Notes: generated from the sequence alone by a model not told the origin. A DNA stretch of 64,000 nucleotides from Eledone cirrhosa (GCA_964016885.1 OZ024745.1:133486001-133550000); one strand, 5' to 3'; positions 42,680 through 57,218 are shown, counted from the first letter of the stretch. Program-made: numbers and translations.

Positions 42680-42860
42680 ACATAAACAACCATATGCATA
42701 GTCACACACATACACATATAAACAGGCATATGCATCGTCACACACATAGATATATAAACAGGCATATGCATAGTCACACACATACACACACAAACAGGCA
42801 TATGCAGACCCACACACATATAAACAGACATATGTATAGCCACAAACATACATACAAATA
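42680..42860. repeat. Tandem repeat of about 30-36 bp (ATAAACAGGCATATGCATAGTCACACA...)
   Basis: About 5 imperfect units. Confidence 0.75.
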
Positions 42861-42926
42861 TACACAATTTATCTAAATCCATGCCAGCAGCAGAATGGCT
42901 CCTTTTCCTTAGGCCACTATTGATGT

Positions 42927-43013
<87 letters not shown>

Positions 43014-43587
43014 TACATATATATATACGTATGTATGTATACAAGTATTTATATATATATACATGGTGGCTGCCAACTCGTTTTCGAGTACGGCCACTAC
43101 TTTATATCCATGTAGGAAAACTCCTACCGATGCGCTGAACGAGTGTGACTTTTTAGTCCAGCCAGCGACTTGAAAACTCTGGTACAAACACTACACTTGT
43201 GACAATTATTGACACATAGTGCTGGGCCCATGGTACCATGTGATGACATGTGCAGAGAGATCTCCAGATATAAAGCAATGCCTGTGCCGTGAGGCTTTTA
43301 TAGTGAGCAAAGGCACTGCACAAAGCCAGTCCCACTCTCTTAACCAAGATGATATTTACCAAAAAGAAGAACAAGTCAACATCATTGGATACCATCAGGG
43401 TTGCAGGTGTTACATCAGAGTTTTCCTCCTCCTAGAATTTTGCCTTGACAAAGGCTACGGGTCATCTCTCTCCATATGTGTGCATATATATATATTTTCA
43501 TATATACATACATATATATATATGCACACATATACATACATATATATACATATATATACATATACATACATATATATACATATATAC

Positions 43588-43621
<34 letters not shown>

Positions 43622-43886
43622 GTATATACATGTACATATACTTGAGTAAATACACATAATTATATGTATATATTATAATTGCAGATATACGAGTCTGTCT
43701 GTATCTGTGAATGTTCGTGTACAGCAATACTAATACACGCATGCGCACACACTCACATACAAAATTAATCAAAATCCAAAATGTGTTGGTTCATTTTCCT
43801 TTTCCATGTTGAAGAAACAACACAAGCTGGGCAGATAGTATATCTGACAAGAATTTACATTACTAATGTTTATCCGTTTACAAAAA

Positions 43887-43947
43887 CTGTCTGATGAGAT
43901 TATATCTGAATATTACATAACATATGCCATCGAAATACGTATACCGC
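43887..43947 (+). ncRNA. Decayed hammerhead (family I)
   Basis: CTGATGA-GAT...ATC-GAAA-TACGTA-TA; stem I is not paired. Confidence 0.45.
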
Positions 43948-44337
43948 TGATTAGTAAAAATAAAAATTCCTTCTAATTCTTTGATATACCAACACTCAGC
44001 CTTGCACGAACATATGTGATAATATAGTATGGAGCTATACTATGTGGAGAGTTCAAAACTGCTTGCACAAATATTTAGTAATTTATACCAAAACAGTAAG
44101 AAATGTATTAACATGGAATTACCATAACAATATATATATATATATATGTGTGGGGGGGGGGGGGTTTAAATTTATATACATATACATATATATGTATTAA
44201 TAAAAGGAATTCCAACTTTGTCTGATTTACTCGTTTTATTTACAATCCTTTAAAATTTATAATGGTATTAGAATGAAATAGTATGGTAGAATATTAAATG
44301 TTAAGTGTTTATATATGCATGGTCGGATCGTCGGTGG

Positions 44338-44700
44338 CTAAACGGGCCACACCACCAAGTTTACTTGGTGAGGGGTGATTTTGGGCACCTTGCTGTAAGG
44401 AAGGGTAGACTTGAAATATAAGAATAGGCCCCTGCAGGTCGCTTTGTAATAGAGGACTATGTAGACACCTCCGTGTTCCGTGATGTTTAGTTCAAAGTAA
44501 AGGAGGGTAAGGGACATGTGGTGGTTGCGGTGCTCCATTCTGAATTAGACGTTCTCGTCGGTGTCATGGAACGCCTCGTAAATCCCGTTAGCCGTCTCCC
44601 GGGAAGCTGTGAGGGTGAGGATATCATCCACGTACCTTGATAAAGAGGCAGCGTGGGAATGACAGGTGTTTAGTTCTTTGCTTTCCAGTTGGTCTTTATA
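44338..44700 (-). pseudogene. Penelope-type RT fragment (RYVDD subtype)
   Basis: SRYVDDILTL..FRMEH..LYYKAT..LYFKSTLP. Confidence 0.7.
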
Positions 44701-45365
44701 CGAAATTGCCAGCACACCCGATAGACTTGACCCAAAGTTTAACTAAAAATACAGACACACACAATTGCATACTGAGAATATCGTGAACCCATAATATGTG
44801 AACTTAATTCAAAACCAAAAACCAAAAAAAATCTATCGCCTTGCTTCTCCACATTTTTATTGGGGAAGATTCTCATCCAACATCTGCTAACGCATAAGTT
44901 AGTTTCCGAAGCCCCAAGTTCGAGCAGTGATTCGGCAATCTTGGTAAAGTTAAACCGACATAAGTTGATATAATTCAGACCTAGTAATTGAATGAATTTC
45001 TTCACAATTTAGCTGTTCGTATCAGGCTTTGCTCATTGCCTGAGGTCTGATACGCTGAAGATTTCTTAGTGCCTAATTAATGGAGAGTCGTTTCAGAAAT
45101 ACATTATACTGCAATGAAATAGGAAAAGTATTGACGTCCAAAAAGATGTTGAACTTGACGTCGACGAACGAAATTTGCTTGCATCTGATACCAATCCTCA
45201 TGAGTTAAAAAAGATTAAGGTTAGTTTATAATGAATGTTTATGTACCACGCTGCTTCATCAGTTCTAACATATCCTTACATCTACTAAATTCTATCTAAA
45301 TCTATTCTGTCCGAATGTTTTCTTAACGTAACACCTGCTCCAAGCTCTCTTTAAGATTTGTTTAC

Positions 45366-46880
45366 TCTACAGCGTGTGGAGATGCAGCAACTGTCTCTTC
45401 CCCTCGTCTGCCCAGCCACGGCCGTGTGGAACACCTACAGATGAGACAGCGATCTTTTCTGATGCCCAAGTCTCGCTGGTCAAGACCGCTCGGCTCCGAC
45501 GGTTCCGGAAGATTCCGCTCAGGATCCCGAGATCGGCCCGGGTGCCGGTAGCCGATGCCCTTGACGCTAATCGAGCCAGCGATTGGGAGCGCCTCTTTTA
45601 TTTCGCCCCACTCGCCCTCAGCCTCCCCAACTCTGACGCTGACCGAGGCGGCCTGTCGACAGCAGCCCTTGTCAAGGGTAATGTTTCGACCTTTGGGCAT
45701 GCGCCCATCCTAAGCGTGCCGAAGGAGGCCACACCCCCTGCTCTCGGGAGTTTTCAATCCTGAAGCCAGCACCAAGCGTTTACGTGACCGCGTATACGCT
45801 AAACTAATCATGGGTGATGTCTCGGCCGCAGTCAGAGTGCTTGCCTCAGAGGACACTGTCCTCCAATCGACCGAGGATCCTGGCTGCCCTGCGATTCAAG
45901 CACCCTGAGCCACCGGCTGACCTCAGACCCATACACCCACCCGATCCCCATTTGCTCCTTGTGGCTACCAACGCAGACATCATATCTGCCATCAAATCCT
46001 TCCCAGCTAGCAGCAGCGGAGGTGCTGATGGTCTCCGACCTGACCATGTGAAGGAGTTACGATCCACCTCTCCGCTGAGGCCGGGCGCCGCCTTCTGAGT
46101 GCAATTGTGACACTTATCAATAGGCTCATCCATGGCGTCCTGGACCCTCACGCCCGAAGGCTCTTTTTTTCGGCTAGCCTGACCGCTCTCAGGAAGAAAG
46201 AGGGTAGCATACACACCATCACTGTGGGCAATATCTTCTGGAGGCTGGCTACTAGGGTGGTCTGCAGGTCCATCACACCTGAAGTGGGTGAGGAGTTCGG
46301 TCCGGTGCAGCTGGGTGTCGGCGTGTCCGGTGGCTGTGAGGGGGCCGCACATGCAATCAGGCAGTTCATCAACAGCTGGCCACCGGAACTGGCAGTATCA
46401 CGGCCCCTCTCAACGTTTGGTACCTGGATAATGCTACGTTGGGTGGGCCCATAGAGACTGTCTGCCATGACCTACAATTGATGGTTCCTTCCCTGGCGGG
46501 AATCGGCCTCCAGGTCAACTTGTCCAAGCTGGAGGTGGTGAATGTCAACCACGATGCTGAGACATTTGCAGCCTCAGTCTCGGACGTGCGGTCCATTCTC
46601 CACCAGGTACAGGTGACCTCCAAAGAATATGTCCTCATTCTCAGGTCAACGATCCACCCACCGGCCATCCTCTGCACCATCAGGTTCAGACTCCAACAAC
46701 TGAAGACCCTCACGAGCCGACCGAGCTTGATTGATGGCCAACTAGCTCTCTTCCTGTTGAGGAACTGCTTCGCCATGCCGAAGCTCCTCTACAGCCATGT
46801 ATCTCTCCTCGCTGACCTCGATACTTGTATCCGAGCGGCAGGCGAGGAGATATGTAAGTTCAGGTTTGACGACAGTGGAA
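45366..46880 (+). pseudogene. CRE-clade non-LTR retrotransposon remnant
   Basis: LRFKHP, IKSFPASSSGGADGLRPDH, LTALRKKEGSIHTITVG, QLGVGVSGGCE, WYLDNATLGGP, GLQVNLSK; GC-rich island. Confidence 0.85.
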
Positions 46881-47469
46881 TGCTATGTTATAAAGGCAGT
46901 CAAACAATATAGTTGTCACTTTCATGAAGTACTATATACTTAGTTATTTGTTTGTATTTGTATCTAGTCTGTGAGCCATAGCTACGTGTATTTATTTCTA
47001 AGACCATACTCTCACTCCTGAAGTGAAATGACAAACATAGTTTCTCAATGGCTCTCACAACATTTCCTGTAATTCTTTTTATTTTTTATAAATTAGTTGA
47101 ATATATAGTGTATATGACCTTACAAAGTCATCAGAGCATTGCTGTGTTATCTTAACCGATTTATAGAATGTATAATGTTTTGGAATTATACAAATATACT
47201 CAATATTTATTGATAATATAATGGGAGATTCTTGTAGTATCATATTTCAAAATTTCAATTGACTAAAGAGGTTAATATAAAGCAAAACATGCTTGTTTTT
47301 ACATCTACAATTTCAGCTCATTAGAAGCGTACTATGTATATTTAGAAGCCTTTTCTAAGATGTATCGTTTCCGTAGAACTAGCAAAAAAATTTAAAAAAT
47401 AGTTTTACAAATACTATAGATTATTGAAAACATATTACAAGCATATTACATTTCTGATAAGGAATATAT

Positions 47470-47517
<48 letters not shown>

Positions 47518-49311
47518 AAGCATATTCACTTCACTTTTACTGGGATCACGCCACCACGCTGTTTACTGTTTAATATAGACACTGAAATCTTACAACGAAT
47601 GAACTGCCATCTTCAATATTCTGCGTAACTCACTCTAAAGAAATTGCAGGAACTGTAAACATGTTATTCGTACATAATTCCTCCAAACCTGTAAAAGAAG
47701 TTCTTTAAACATTGTTGATCATAATATTATTCATCGATTTATAGCCTGCAGCAATTTTCTAAAATAGCCGAGAGAGTGAACATAAAGAGAACGCTTTCTA
47801 ATGATATACGCCGGAATAAAATAATCGTAACGCCATTAACAATTGCTGTTTGATTCATATTTTGTCGAAATAACTCGGGTGATATTCCTGTTGTTTTCTC
47901 ATATTCATTATTGAATTAAATAAGAATATGTTCTCTTACTTTTTTCTAAAATATAACGTACAAAGAGAAATAAAAAATATATCCCAACACAAACATTCAC
48001 AAGCTCTCACGAATACAAATGATGAGTAAATAATAGTACAAATGAAGTGGTTGCGTAATATGAGAGTTGTACGTCTTTATAGGGTGGGGCGTAAGAGTCT
48101 TTAAATAAATAATGAATGAATATTACATAATTTATCTACTAAATGGCTGTTGATTAAATATATCTTATTGTTTATTTAAAGATTCACTTCTTTAAAATAT
48201 TCAAATGTCAACTCTTCCAATCGCTTAAATAAACATTGATATATTTCCGTCACTTATTTTCTCCTAATGCAGTTTATATATAATATCGTCTTTTTTTAAT
48301 GTATCATGGATTACGTTACTGATTACATAAGACAGTGTAACGCAGTCTTTTTTGTGTATATTGTCAATTACGATTTTATTTGATGTATCATATCTACATG
48401 CATATATACTTGCGTATAACATCAATATACACACTACACATGCTAGCAGAAAACCACCTGAAGGGTGATTTTTCTGCTAGTATCTTTAATAACCCGAAGA
48501 ATCCAACACTTTCAGAAAAAAAACTGCAGAAAGGATCAAAGAAAAATCCTTTAAGCAAAACTCATAGGCTCCCATGAAGACGTAAGATGAAGGGAAAAAC
48601 CTCTTGTGGACTAAACAGATACAGTCGAATCCATAGAACTTCTTTTGCTGTATATATGAACTTCTCATTTTCAAATATAATGTAATGATGTCGAATATAT
48701 GTTGCAATATCCTGTAAATTTGTGAACCTACTTATAAATCTGATTCGTAATGAAAGGCATTACAGTAAAATTACGCCACAAATATCCAGTAAAAACCACA
48801 AATATAAAACGCCCAATGAAACACTCTGGCCATTGTTATTACCTGGAATTAACCGAAAATGTATGTAGCTGAATACCTGTAATGATGTGACGGGTCAACG
48901 GTCGATTCAATATTCCACACTTTTAACTTTCGTTTCTGTATGTTCCATCAATTTCTGATAGTTTAGTACAATATTGATATATTTCATTGAATATATAATA
49001 ATTCAATAGCCATTGACTGGACAATAAAACCTCACAAATTTATAGTTCAATATTTGACTGTATTACAGAGAGTGGTTGATGCTATGAGTGACAGCGCAAG
49101 AAATAGATTGCTTTCTCGTATCAGTTGCGTTCATTTCCGCCCAGAATTCAAATCTTCCTGAGATCATAACAAATTAAGTATGACGGCAATCATAATTATT
49201 AATACCACCCTGAAAATTGCGCCTTGGCAGGTTTCGAAAGAAATATTGTTTTGCAATAGTGAATGGTATTTACATTCCCTCTCCCCACACACGAACAAAC
49301 ACACACATACA

Positions 49312-49348
<37 letters not shown>

Positions 49349-49491
49349 GGATTAACAAATAATAGTTAAATGCAGTCCACTTAGGTGAAGTCCAGTTATG
49401 GTATTCCAGGTAGTGGATGTATGTATATTTTTGTACGAGTGTATATTGATGTGTATGTATGTGTCTATGTACACATATATGTGTATATATT

Positions 49492-49560
<69 letters not shown>

Positions 49561-49916
49561 AGATATATGCGTATATTAATTCGTTAACCTCTGTATTAAC
49601 TCTACAACTATTGAGCTTTGACAGTGGTCCCACTCATGTATACTGTTGAAGATGAAGAGAAAGACTGTAAAAACTAGCTTATCTTTATAATTTAAAATTG
49701 ATACACACTACGATACTTTTTGCCTTATGACAGCTGATTTTCACGCCGTAACATTAGATACATTATATACCCCCCACCTAAGTAATGTCAGGGTCTCCTT
49801 AAATAGTTTATTGATAGCATTGTTGTAATAATTGTTGTTGTTATTGTTCTAATTGAATGCAATAACTACTCCATATTTTCTTTTCTTTTCTTGCCTGTGT
49901 ATTTTCTTCATTCTCG

Positions 49917-50027
49917 CATGCTCCGAAGATCTGACTGGTTATTTCTGTATTGGCGATCGAGTAACGCAAAATTAAGCGGATAGCGATCTCTAGACAGACC
50001 AGTTCAGTGAAACAAATGTAAGCTATG
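49917..50027 (+). ncRNA. Hammerhead with a very long stem II (family J, C4 variant)
   Basis: catGCT-CCGAAGA-t-CTGACTGGT...ACCAGtTCAG-t-GAAAC-AAAT-GTA-AGCtatg, followed by a short tail and (TA)n. Confidence 0.68.
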
Positions 50028-50075
50028 TGATTAAAAACTTTTTTGTATAGCAAACCATGTAAACCTTCTTTCCTG

Positions 50076-50144
<69 letters not shown>

Positions 50145-50146
50145 CA

Positions 50147-50207
<61 letters not shown>

Positions 50208-50391
50208 CGAAGTAGTTGCAGATGTTAAAGTCCTTTATTGATGAGGTTGTGTTACACATTTCAATGACGACAGTGGCCACGTGATTCCACTCAACCAGTA
50301 AAACTCCGAACTAAAGCGACAAGGAAACGGACAAAGATGATGTTTTTGAAGCCTTCACCAGTTAGACACACACACACACTCACATACATAT

Positions 50392-50482
<91 letters not shown>

Positions 50483-50484
<2 letters not shown>

Positions 50485-51110
50485 GGAAATGATTTGAAAA
50501 TGCAACTGGAGTCTTTTAAGAATATTTATTTACTTAACCGGTTTCACAGTTCTATGAATATCAAAAGTAAAATTGAGATCAAGTGTTTCTGTTTCTGTTG
50601 TGGTGTGTCTCGCATCTTGTTGCAGTTCGAAAATTCTTTCTATTTTATACAAAAATTGGCTCACATTGCTGTTTGTTTAAAATGCTATTTTGTTGTTTGG
50701 TGGCAGTCAAGTGAATAGGTACAGAAAATGTGACTCAAAATTGTTATTTGTGATTTTATTGGTTGGTGACAGTCACGTGATCAGGCAGAGTAATTTTTGT
50801 ACGAAAAATGGATGGTCAGAATATAAAAGAAGAAAAGAAAACTTGGAGTGATATGGTTCAGTGAGTATGGTTAATCGCGAAGTCTAATTTTAAGAGGTGT
50901 CTGGCTTAAGTTGCTATTTATTTTAATGCAATTTTATTGGTTGATGGCAGTCACGTGACTAGGCGTAGTAATTCGTGCGCCAAAATGGTTGGTCAGAAAA
51001 TGAGAGAAAACAAGAAGATTTGGAGTGTTCTGGTTCAGTGAATACAGCTGATATCAGAGTGCTAAGGAATGTCAGATTTTATGAGGTGTCAAATTTCAGA
51101 ATTCAGACTG
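50483..51110 (-). mobile_element. Family C-related pLTR/3'UTR remnant with a decayed hammerhead and ~190-bp internal tandem repeats
   Basis: TTACTT-TTGATA..-GAAACCGGTT-AAGTAA at 50530-50570; GAAAATGCAACTGGAGTCTT tail; repeats containing ATTGGTTG.TG.CAGTCACGTGA. Confidence 0.6.
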
Positions 51111-51307
51111 CAATACACTCGTAAATAATTGAATGTACAAGGAATTGGTTTATATGTCTGTATCACATGATGATGACGATAGTGATGGCGGTAGCGATAG
51201 TGATGGCAGGGTGGTAATATTTGTGTGTTTGTATGCGTGTATGTGTCTGTTGTGGGTACTGAATTGTAATTGTGTGTATATGTGGGAGTAGTTGCTGGAA
51301 AACAAAA

Positions 51308-51414
<107 letters not shown>

Positions 51415-51525
51415 TGTATGTGTGTGTGTGTGTGTGTGTGCGTGCGCGCGTGTGTGTGTGTGTGCGTGTGCGTGTGTGTGTGTGTATGTGTGTGTGTGTA
51501 GCAATGGCGGTTTATCGCTAAAAAT

Positions 51526-51648
51526 AATTGTTTCTATTTTAGGCCAGTAATTTGATGGGGAGGGGAAAGTCGATTAAATCGACCTCAGTACATTACTGGT
51601 ACTTTATTTTATCGACCCGTAAGGAGAAAACGCAAAGTTAACCTCGGC
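51526..51648 (-). mobile_element. SINE 3' half
   Basis: Core and tail. Confidence 0.75.
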
Positions 51649-52329
51649 AAACCCAATATGAACAGCAATAAAATTGATTCCATTGGTAAAATAGAGAAGG
51701 ATGTTATTGTGTGTGTGGAGTTATGCAGCCAAGCACTCCATGAGGAATCTCAAATTAATAACATTCGTTAGACGGCATGACAAACTGAAAACTGTGGCAG
51801 GTAAGCCTTGCTACGACACTGAAGCAACAAGAAAACCAACAGGTTAATAAAACAAACCTGGATCATCTCGGAGGCAGATCGTCGTTTCTCCGATAGGTTT
51901 CTATTAAACCAAAATCAACAATCCTACTTGCGCAAGTGTGCAAGTTTTTGATGTTTGAAAACCGAACTGAGGATTCATGTTATCAACAAGTTTCCGTTCT
52001 ACGCCTTGACCCGGTGTAGTAAGAAGTAGTAAGCCACTGATTTTCCCAACAAGGGAATTAACCCCGGGTTTTAGGCGGGCAAATTCAAAATGTGAACAAG
52101 GGAAGTGTGTTCCCGGCACCATATATATATATATATATATATATCTTGCGAAGACGCCTCAATGGTATATTTATTTACTATTTCTTCATAGATGCTTTTT
52201 ATTCTTATAGCCTTGTCTAATTGATTTTTTGTGTGGTTAATTATGCTGATTGGGAATAGAGATGATGTATATATATTATCAATTGATTCTCTGGATATGT
52301 TTTACTCTAGTATATATATATATATATTT

Positions 52330-52874
52330 AGGTTTGAAGGTTCACCACTGGATAGAGCTGGTCATTCCGTATGGTCAATCTTGATGTAATAATATGGAGA
52401 GTACTCAACGTAAAGCAGCTCAACCGTCTTCGTTTGTGTATTGGTGGTGCGAGTACGGAGTTAAATATTATAATAAAATAACAGGAGGCAGGACTTGTGT
52501 AAATCCTTGAAAGGTTTATTATACTATGATCATTTCAATGACCGGGTTCCGTATGAATCCGGTGAATATCATCAGGTATTCGAAATATAATAAATGAATG
52601 TAACAGATAAAATCCATGGGGCTGAAAATCATAGACCCGAGACGACCGACCATCTAGCATATTCCACTAAACCGGCTAAAGTGGAAGATGCTAGATGGTC
52701 GGTCGTCCTCGGGTCTATGATTTTCAGCCCCATGGATTTTATCTGTTACATTCATTTATTATATTTCGAATACCTGATGATATTCACCGGATTCATACGG
52801 AACCCGGTCATTGAAATGATCATAGTATAATAAACCTTTCGAGGATTTACACAAGTCCAGCTTCCTGTTATTTT

Positions 52875-52884
<10 letters not shown>
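52330..52884. mobile_element. Fold-back element (family K) with a hammerhead in both arms
   Basis: Near-perfect arms 52465-52668 and 52680-52884 with a probable left extension; (TA)n flanks. Confidence 0.8.
52770..52828 (+). ncRNA. Hammerhead (family K); mirror copy at 52521-52579 (minus)
   Basis: ATAC-CTGATGA-tattcACCGGaTTC atacg GAAcCCGGTcatt-GAAA-TGATCA-TA-GTAT. Confidence 0.75.
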
Positions 52885-52972
<88 letters not shown>

Positions 52973-53212
52973 ATATACATATATATATAAATATAATTAT
53001 AAGTGTGAAGAACAGAGAGTCTCTTCATAAGCTTGAAGCGCCATGGATAATACAACGATTAAAGATTTGCACAAAGTGCAAGTGAAACTATCGACAGTCG
53101 GGACTAGAGGAATACTGGTAACATTTATCTGTTATTTCTTTTTAAACTTAGTTCCATTTAAATGATTATTTATTTAGTTAATTTCTACGAACTAAGAAAA
53201 AAAATACAATTA

Positions 53213-53286
53213 TTTCATTTACCGAAGGTTTCGCGAAGACAGGCGAGCTCAACAGAGACGTCTGAAATAGTTCATCAGAATGAAAA
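53213..53286 (-). ncRNA. Hammerhead (family L), stem II degraded
   Basis: TTTCATT-CTGATGA-...-GAAACC ttc GGTA-AATGAAA. Confidence 0.6.
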
Positions 53287-54020
53287 TTTTAATATGAATA
53301 TACGATAGCTCTGTAGCGTACATAGAGAACTCTCCCTTCCTGTAACCTTTCTACGCAAAGAGTTCATATATATATATATGGGGTGGGGGGGGGGGGGTAA
53401 ATTTAAAGTTCACCGGGTCGGAATTTTTCCTGTTCTATTGGAGTTACGCAACTGAAGATAAAAGACTTCCTACCAGGACATGACTCGTTTCATCGCAGGG
53501 TAAATCCAAACTATTGTTGATATACATTTTCGGCCTAGAATACTGGAGCAATGTTTTGATTAAGAAGACAATACACCAGCCTTTCCAGGAATCAAATCCC
53601 CGACTTTAAGTTCGAAGGTTCAGCAACATAACCACTAGGTTAGGATATATATAAGAATATAAGAAAATTCAACAAGTAAAAAGTACAGAAGAGAACTGGA
53701 GAGTGCAACAATGATATTTTAGTCAAAAGCTAGACATGGTTATAAATGTGTGATAAACGTTCGGATAATAGTCTCTCATTGAAATGTAGAAAGGAGAGAA
53801 GAGAAGACAGAAGATAGCAGAAGGGTGAAGAGCGGGAAAGAGAGGAGAAATATGTTGCTGTTAGTCATCTTGGAAAACCAAAATAGAATTACTGGTAGTA
53901 TAATGACTTCAGATATTACTACAATATATATATATGTATGTGTGTGTGTGTGTGTGTGTGGATGTGTGTGTGTGTGGATGGGTGTGTGTGAATGTGTGTG
54001 TGTGGATGTGGATGTATATG

Positions 54021-54072
<52 letters not shown>

Positions 54073-54093
54073 GATGTATATATATATATATAC

Positions 54094-54135
<42 letters not shown>

Positions 54136-54494
54136 ATCTGTATATATATATGTGTGTGTGTGTGAATATGTGTGTGTATATATATATGTGTGTGTATTGT
54201 ACCAATATGTCAAGTAATTATATTGGCAGTAATTTCTAATTTCAATTTAAACTATTGTTCCATATCTTCCAGCCCCTTTCTTGCTCTTCACCCAGCCCAA
54301 CTTGCCACCCACACCACCTTTGTTTAACAAATTGCATAGAAGCTCATATTTGATGGCTGTTTTCATTTACTTGGAGAATAACATCACAGTTTTAATAATT
54401 ATGTTTAAAAGTATGACACCCTATCTCTAACTAACTAGCCCGGTAACATAACTATCACTAATTCAAGACGCATCTTCTTTTCTACATAATATAA

Positions 54495-54600
54495 TTATTT
54501 CTACTTTTGGCACAAGGCCAGAAAATACACCAGTGCATTACTGGTACTTTATTTTATCGACTCCGTAAGGATGAAAGGCAAAGTTAACCTCGGCTGGATT
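54495..54600 (-). mobile_element. SINE 3' half with target-site duplication TCTRCATAATATAAT
   Basis: Core, tail and flanking direct repeat. Confidence 0.8.
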
Positions 54601-54921
54601 TTCTGCATAATATAATATATTCAAATCATGCTGGTACATATGTAATTATAAAATCATATATGCCCATACACATATACACACATCACACGTACACACACAC
54701 ACGCGCACACACACACACGTACAAACACACACACACAAACATACATACACACATATATATGTGCATACACACCCACCAACACATATATATATATATACAA
54801 AATTAAGATAAATCAAAGTGAATTTAATCTAAATCAAAATTATGGGTGTCATGCCAGAAAGGCATGCGCCATATCACCCCTAAAATAAGCTCCAAGATTC
54901 TAATGAATAGGTCCGAGCATT

Positions 54922-55071
54922 TTATAACAACTAGAAATTGATTAACATATAAATAAACATATGAAACAATGAAAGGGGATAATTTTTATAAGTGTGTAAG
55001 CACACATAGCTTATAAAATTATCCCCTGTCATTGTGTCATATGTTTATTTATGTTAATCAATTTCTAGTTG

Positions 55072-55076
<5 letters not shown>
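54922..55076. repeat. Hairpin with ~70-bp arms next to (TA)n
   Basis: TATAACAACTAGAAATTGATTAACATA... pairs with ...TATGTTAATCAATTTCTAGTTGTTATA. Confidence 0.8.
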
Positions 55077-55154
<78 letters not shown>

Positions 55155-55157
<3 letters not shown>

Positions 55158-55322
55158 CAAAGGAAGTGTGGTAAGGAACCAGGTGGACCATAACACACCA
55201 GAGTAATCGTTACTTTGGTTAGTAGAGTGGGTAATAGGAAAACAGTCAGGACCCCGACGGCAGAGCTCAAGCCGTTTCGACGGCTATTTCAGGCTAAAAA
55301 TAGCCGTTGAAACGGCTTGAGC
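55155..55322 (-). mobile_element. Family P element folded back at hammerhead stem II
   Basis: Reverse complement of 278-409 plus a palindrome at 55265-55322. Confidence 0.7.
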
Positions 55323-55486
55323 CTCGGAGGGGAACTTTCAAGTAGTAATACCACGGTCATTCTTGCCCAAAGGGGTTCTTTAGCCCATCTTGTATTTGGA
55401 GTGTGAAAGCCAGGACGATGAGAGATGAACAAATAAAGAAATCAGACGAAAGAAGATGTTATGTGTTTTACCTTAATTTATTTATG

Positions 55487-55524
55487 TCCCGATATTTCGA
55501 GATCAAAATCTCTTCTTCTGGGAG
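55487..55524 (-). ncRNA. Minimal hammerhead (family M, A4 variant)
   Basis: cTCC-CAGAAGA-a-GAGAT tttg ATCTC-GAAATATC-GGGa. Confidence 0.6.
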
Positions 55525-55901
55525 AATAAAAGATACTAATCCAATGTTCGGTGGAACCCACCATGTTGCCGGCAGCATGATATTTCACATTGTCGGGGCT
55601 TTCAAACGTCAAATTACGTATTTCCCTTACGTAATACTCGATCTGCCTTAGTTATTTTTTTCCCAATGTAGGATTACTGGTAGTATTTCTAATATCAACA
55701 TCTTTTTTAATCCTTCGAAGGATTTCAACTCTGCTGAATACTGTCTTCTAAAAGAGCACTGGATCTTGTCATTGCTCCGACTGGAAGAATTAAATCCTCT
55801 CAACTAACATAGAGATAGAATAATTTCTCGAGTATATTCCGCATTCAATTTGGCATCAAACGTGAAAGGAATTGATTTTCTTCGGGCATTATATATTTGG
55901 A

Positions 55902-56090
55902 GGGTGGTGGATTGGTAGTATCGGTATAGGGTCGGACCACGTGCTTTCCAGCATAGTTACGTCCCTTTGCAGTCTGAGTTCAAATCCCGTCGAGGTTAAC
56001 TTTGCCTTTCATCCTTACGAGGTCGATAAAATAAAGTAACAGTAATGTACTGGGTAACTACTGGCCTCGTGCCAAAAGTAGAAACAATTA
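55902..56090 (+). mobile_element. tRNA-derived SINE
   Basis: Full copy. Confidence 0.85.
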
Positions 56091-57218
56091 TTACTTATAT
56101 TTGGGTAAAACGGACTGGACGGTAGATTGTTAACTGTCAATGTGAAAGATTCATCCCAGTGTAAACGATAGGTAAGATAGGAAAGCAAGAATATCTACAG
56201 TTCTAGGCGCAGAACCACTCATTGTTACCCCATGTTGATACTACAAGAGGTAATTCGATAAGCATCGCCTTTAGACATTTAATCGGGGGGAGGGATAAGC
56301 GTATAATGTTGTTCTTATATACACATGTAGTACTTAGATGTCAATATTCAATTATTGATCAGTGCTTCATTTAATCTGGAAAGATTTTCATTTGATATTA
56401 GATAAGATCTGGGCTGTATGATTTAGCTGTATACATGCCGGCCAACGAGCAAACATCATAACACCATTGTTCATATCTGCTAAATACTATATGGATTCGA
56501 CATTCAAATATTGTAATTTGAAGGAGAGTTCTGCAGATAATGACTTAAATTATACAAATTTTAAATACCAAGTACATTTTACATGCACGCATATTCAATA
56601 CTAGATTCTCGGAAACAAATATTGTATTACTAATTCATCTGTCGTTATCAAATTAGATGTTGATCAATACATTCAAATGGAATAGGAAATCATTTCTGAG
56701 AGCCGCTTCTATTTACCATATGGTATACAGGGAGATGTATTAACCATATAAAGTCCCTATTGGTATGCGAATGTTGTTTTTTTTATTCTAAGCATAAAAT
56801 CATATTTCTACAGAGAATAAATTGAGATTGTCCATAATATGATTTATATGAGTTACCTATAGAACCACAAAAATCTATTCGGATTAAAAATCATAGCCGC
56901 GTCTACTACTTTTCCGAGAAAACTCTTCAGATGACGATGTTATAAATAGCCGAAATTATTCTTGAAAAGCAACTTTTCAAATTTCAATTCTTTACAAGTT
57001 TGCCAGCAACTTCTCCGCCTTGAAATAAGCTGTGTTTCGTTTTCGTTGTTGAATGTTTTCGCAAACATTTTTATTTTTGTTTTATAACATTAAATCTTAG
57101 TGGATTTAGTGTCTATAAAAGCAAACAGAAAAAAAAGAAAGAGAGAGAGAGGGAGGAGAGAGGATGAAAGAGAGAGAGTGGAGAGAGGAGAGAGAGAAGA
57201 GAGAGAGGAGAGAGAGAG

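Noticed and set aside
45120-45226. Possible host exon ending AG|GTTAGT
   Set aside because: Upstream in-frame stop, weak acceptor and no partner exons.
48443-48480. Small hairpin CTAGCAGAAAA..TTTTCTGCTAG as a terminator
   Set aside because: Eukaryotic context; more likely another decayed fold-back junction, with too little evidence to classify.
51960-52000. CTGAGGA followed by a small hairpin
   Set aside because: No GAAA or UH in register.
56924-56970. CAGATGA..GAAA motif
   Set aside because: Stems II and III are poorly paired and there is no valid UH with stem I.
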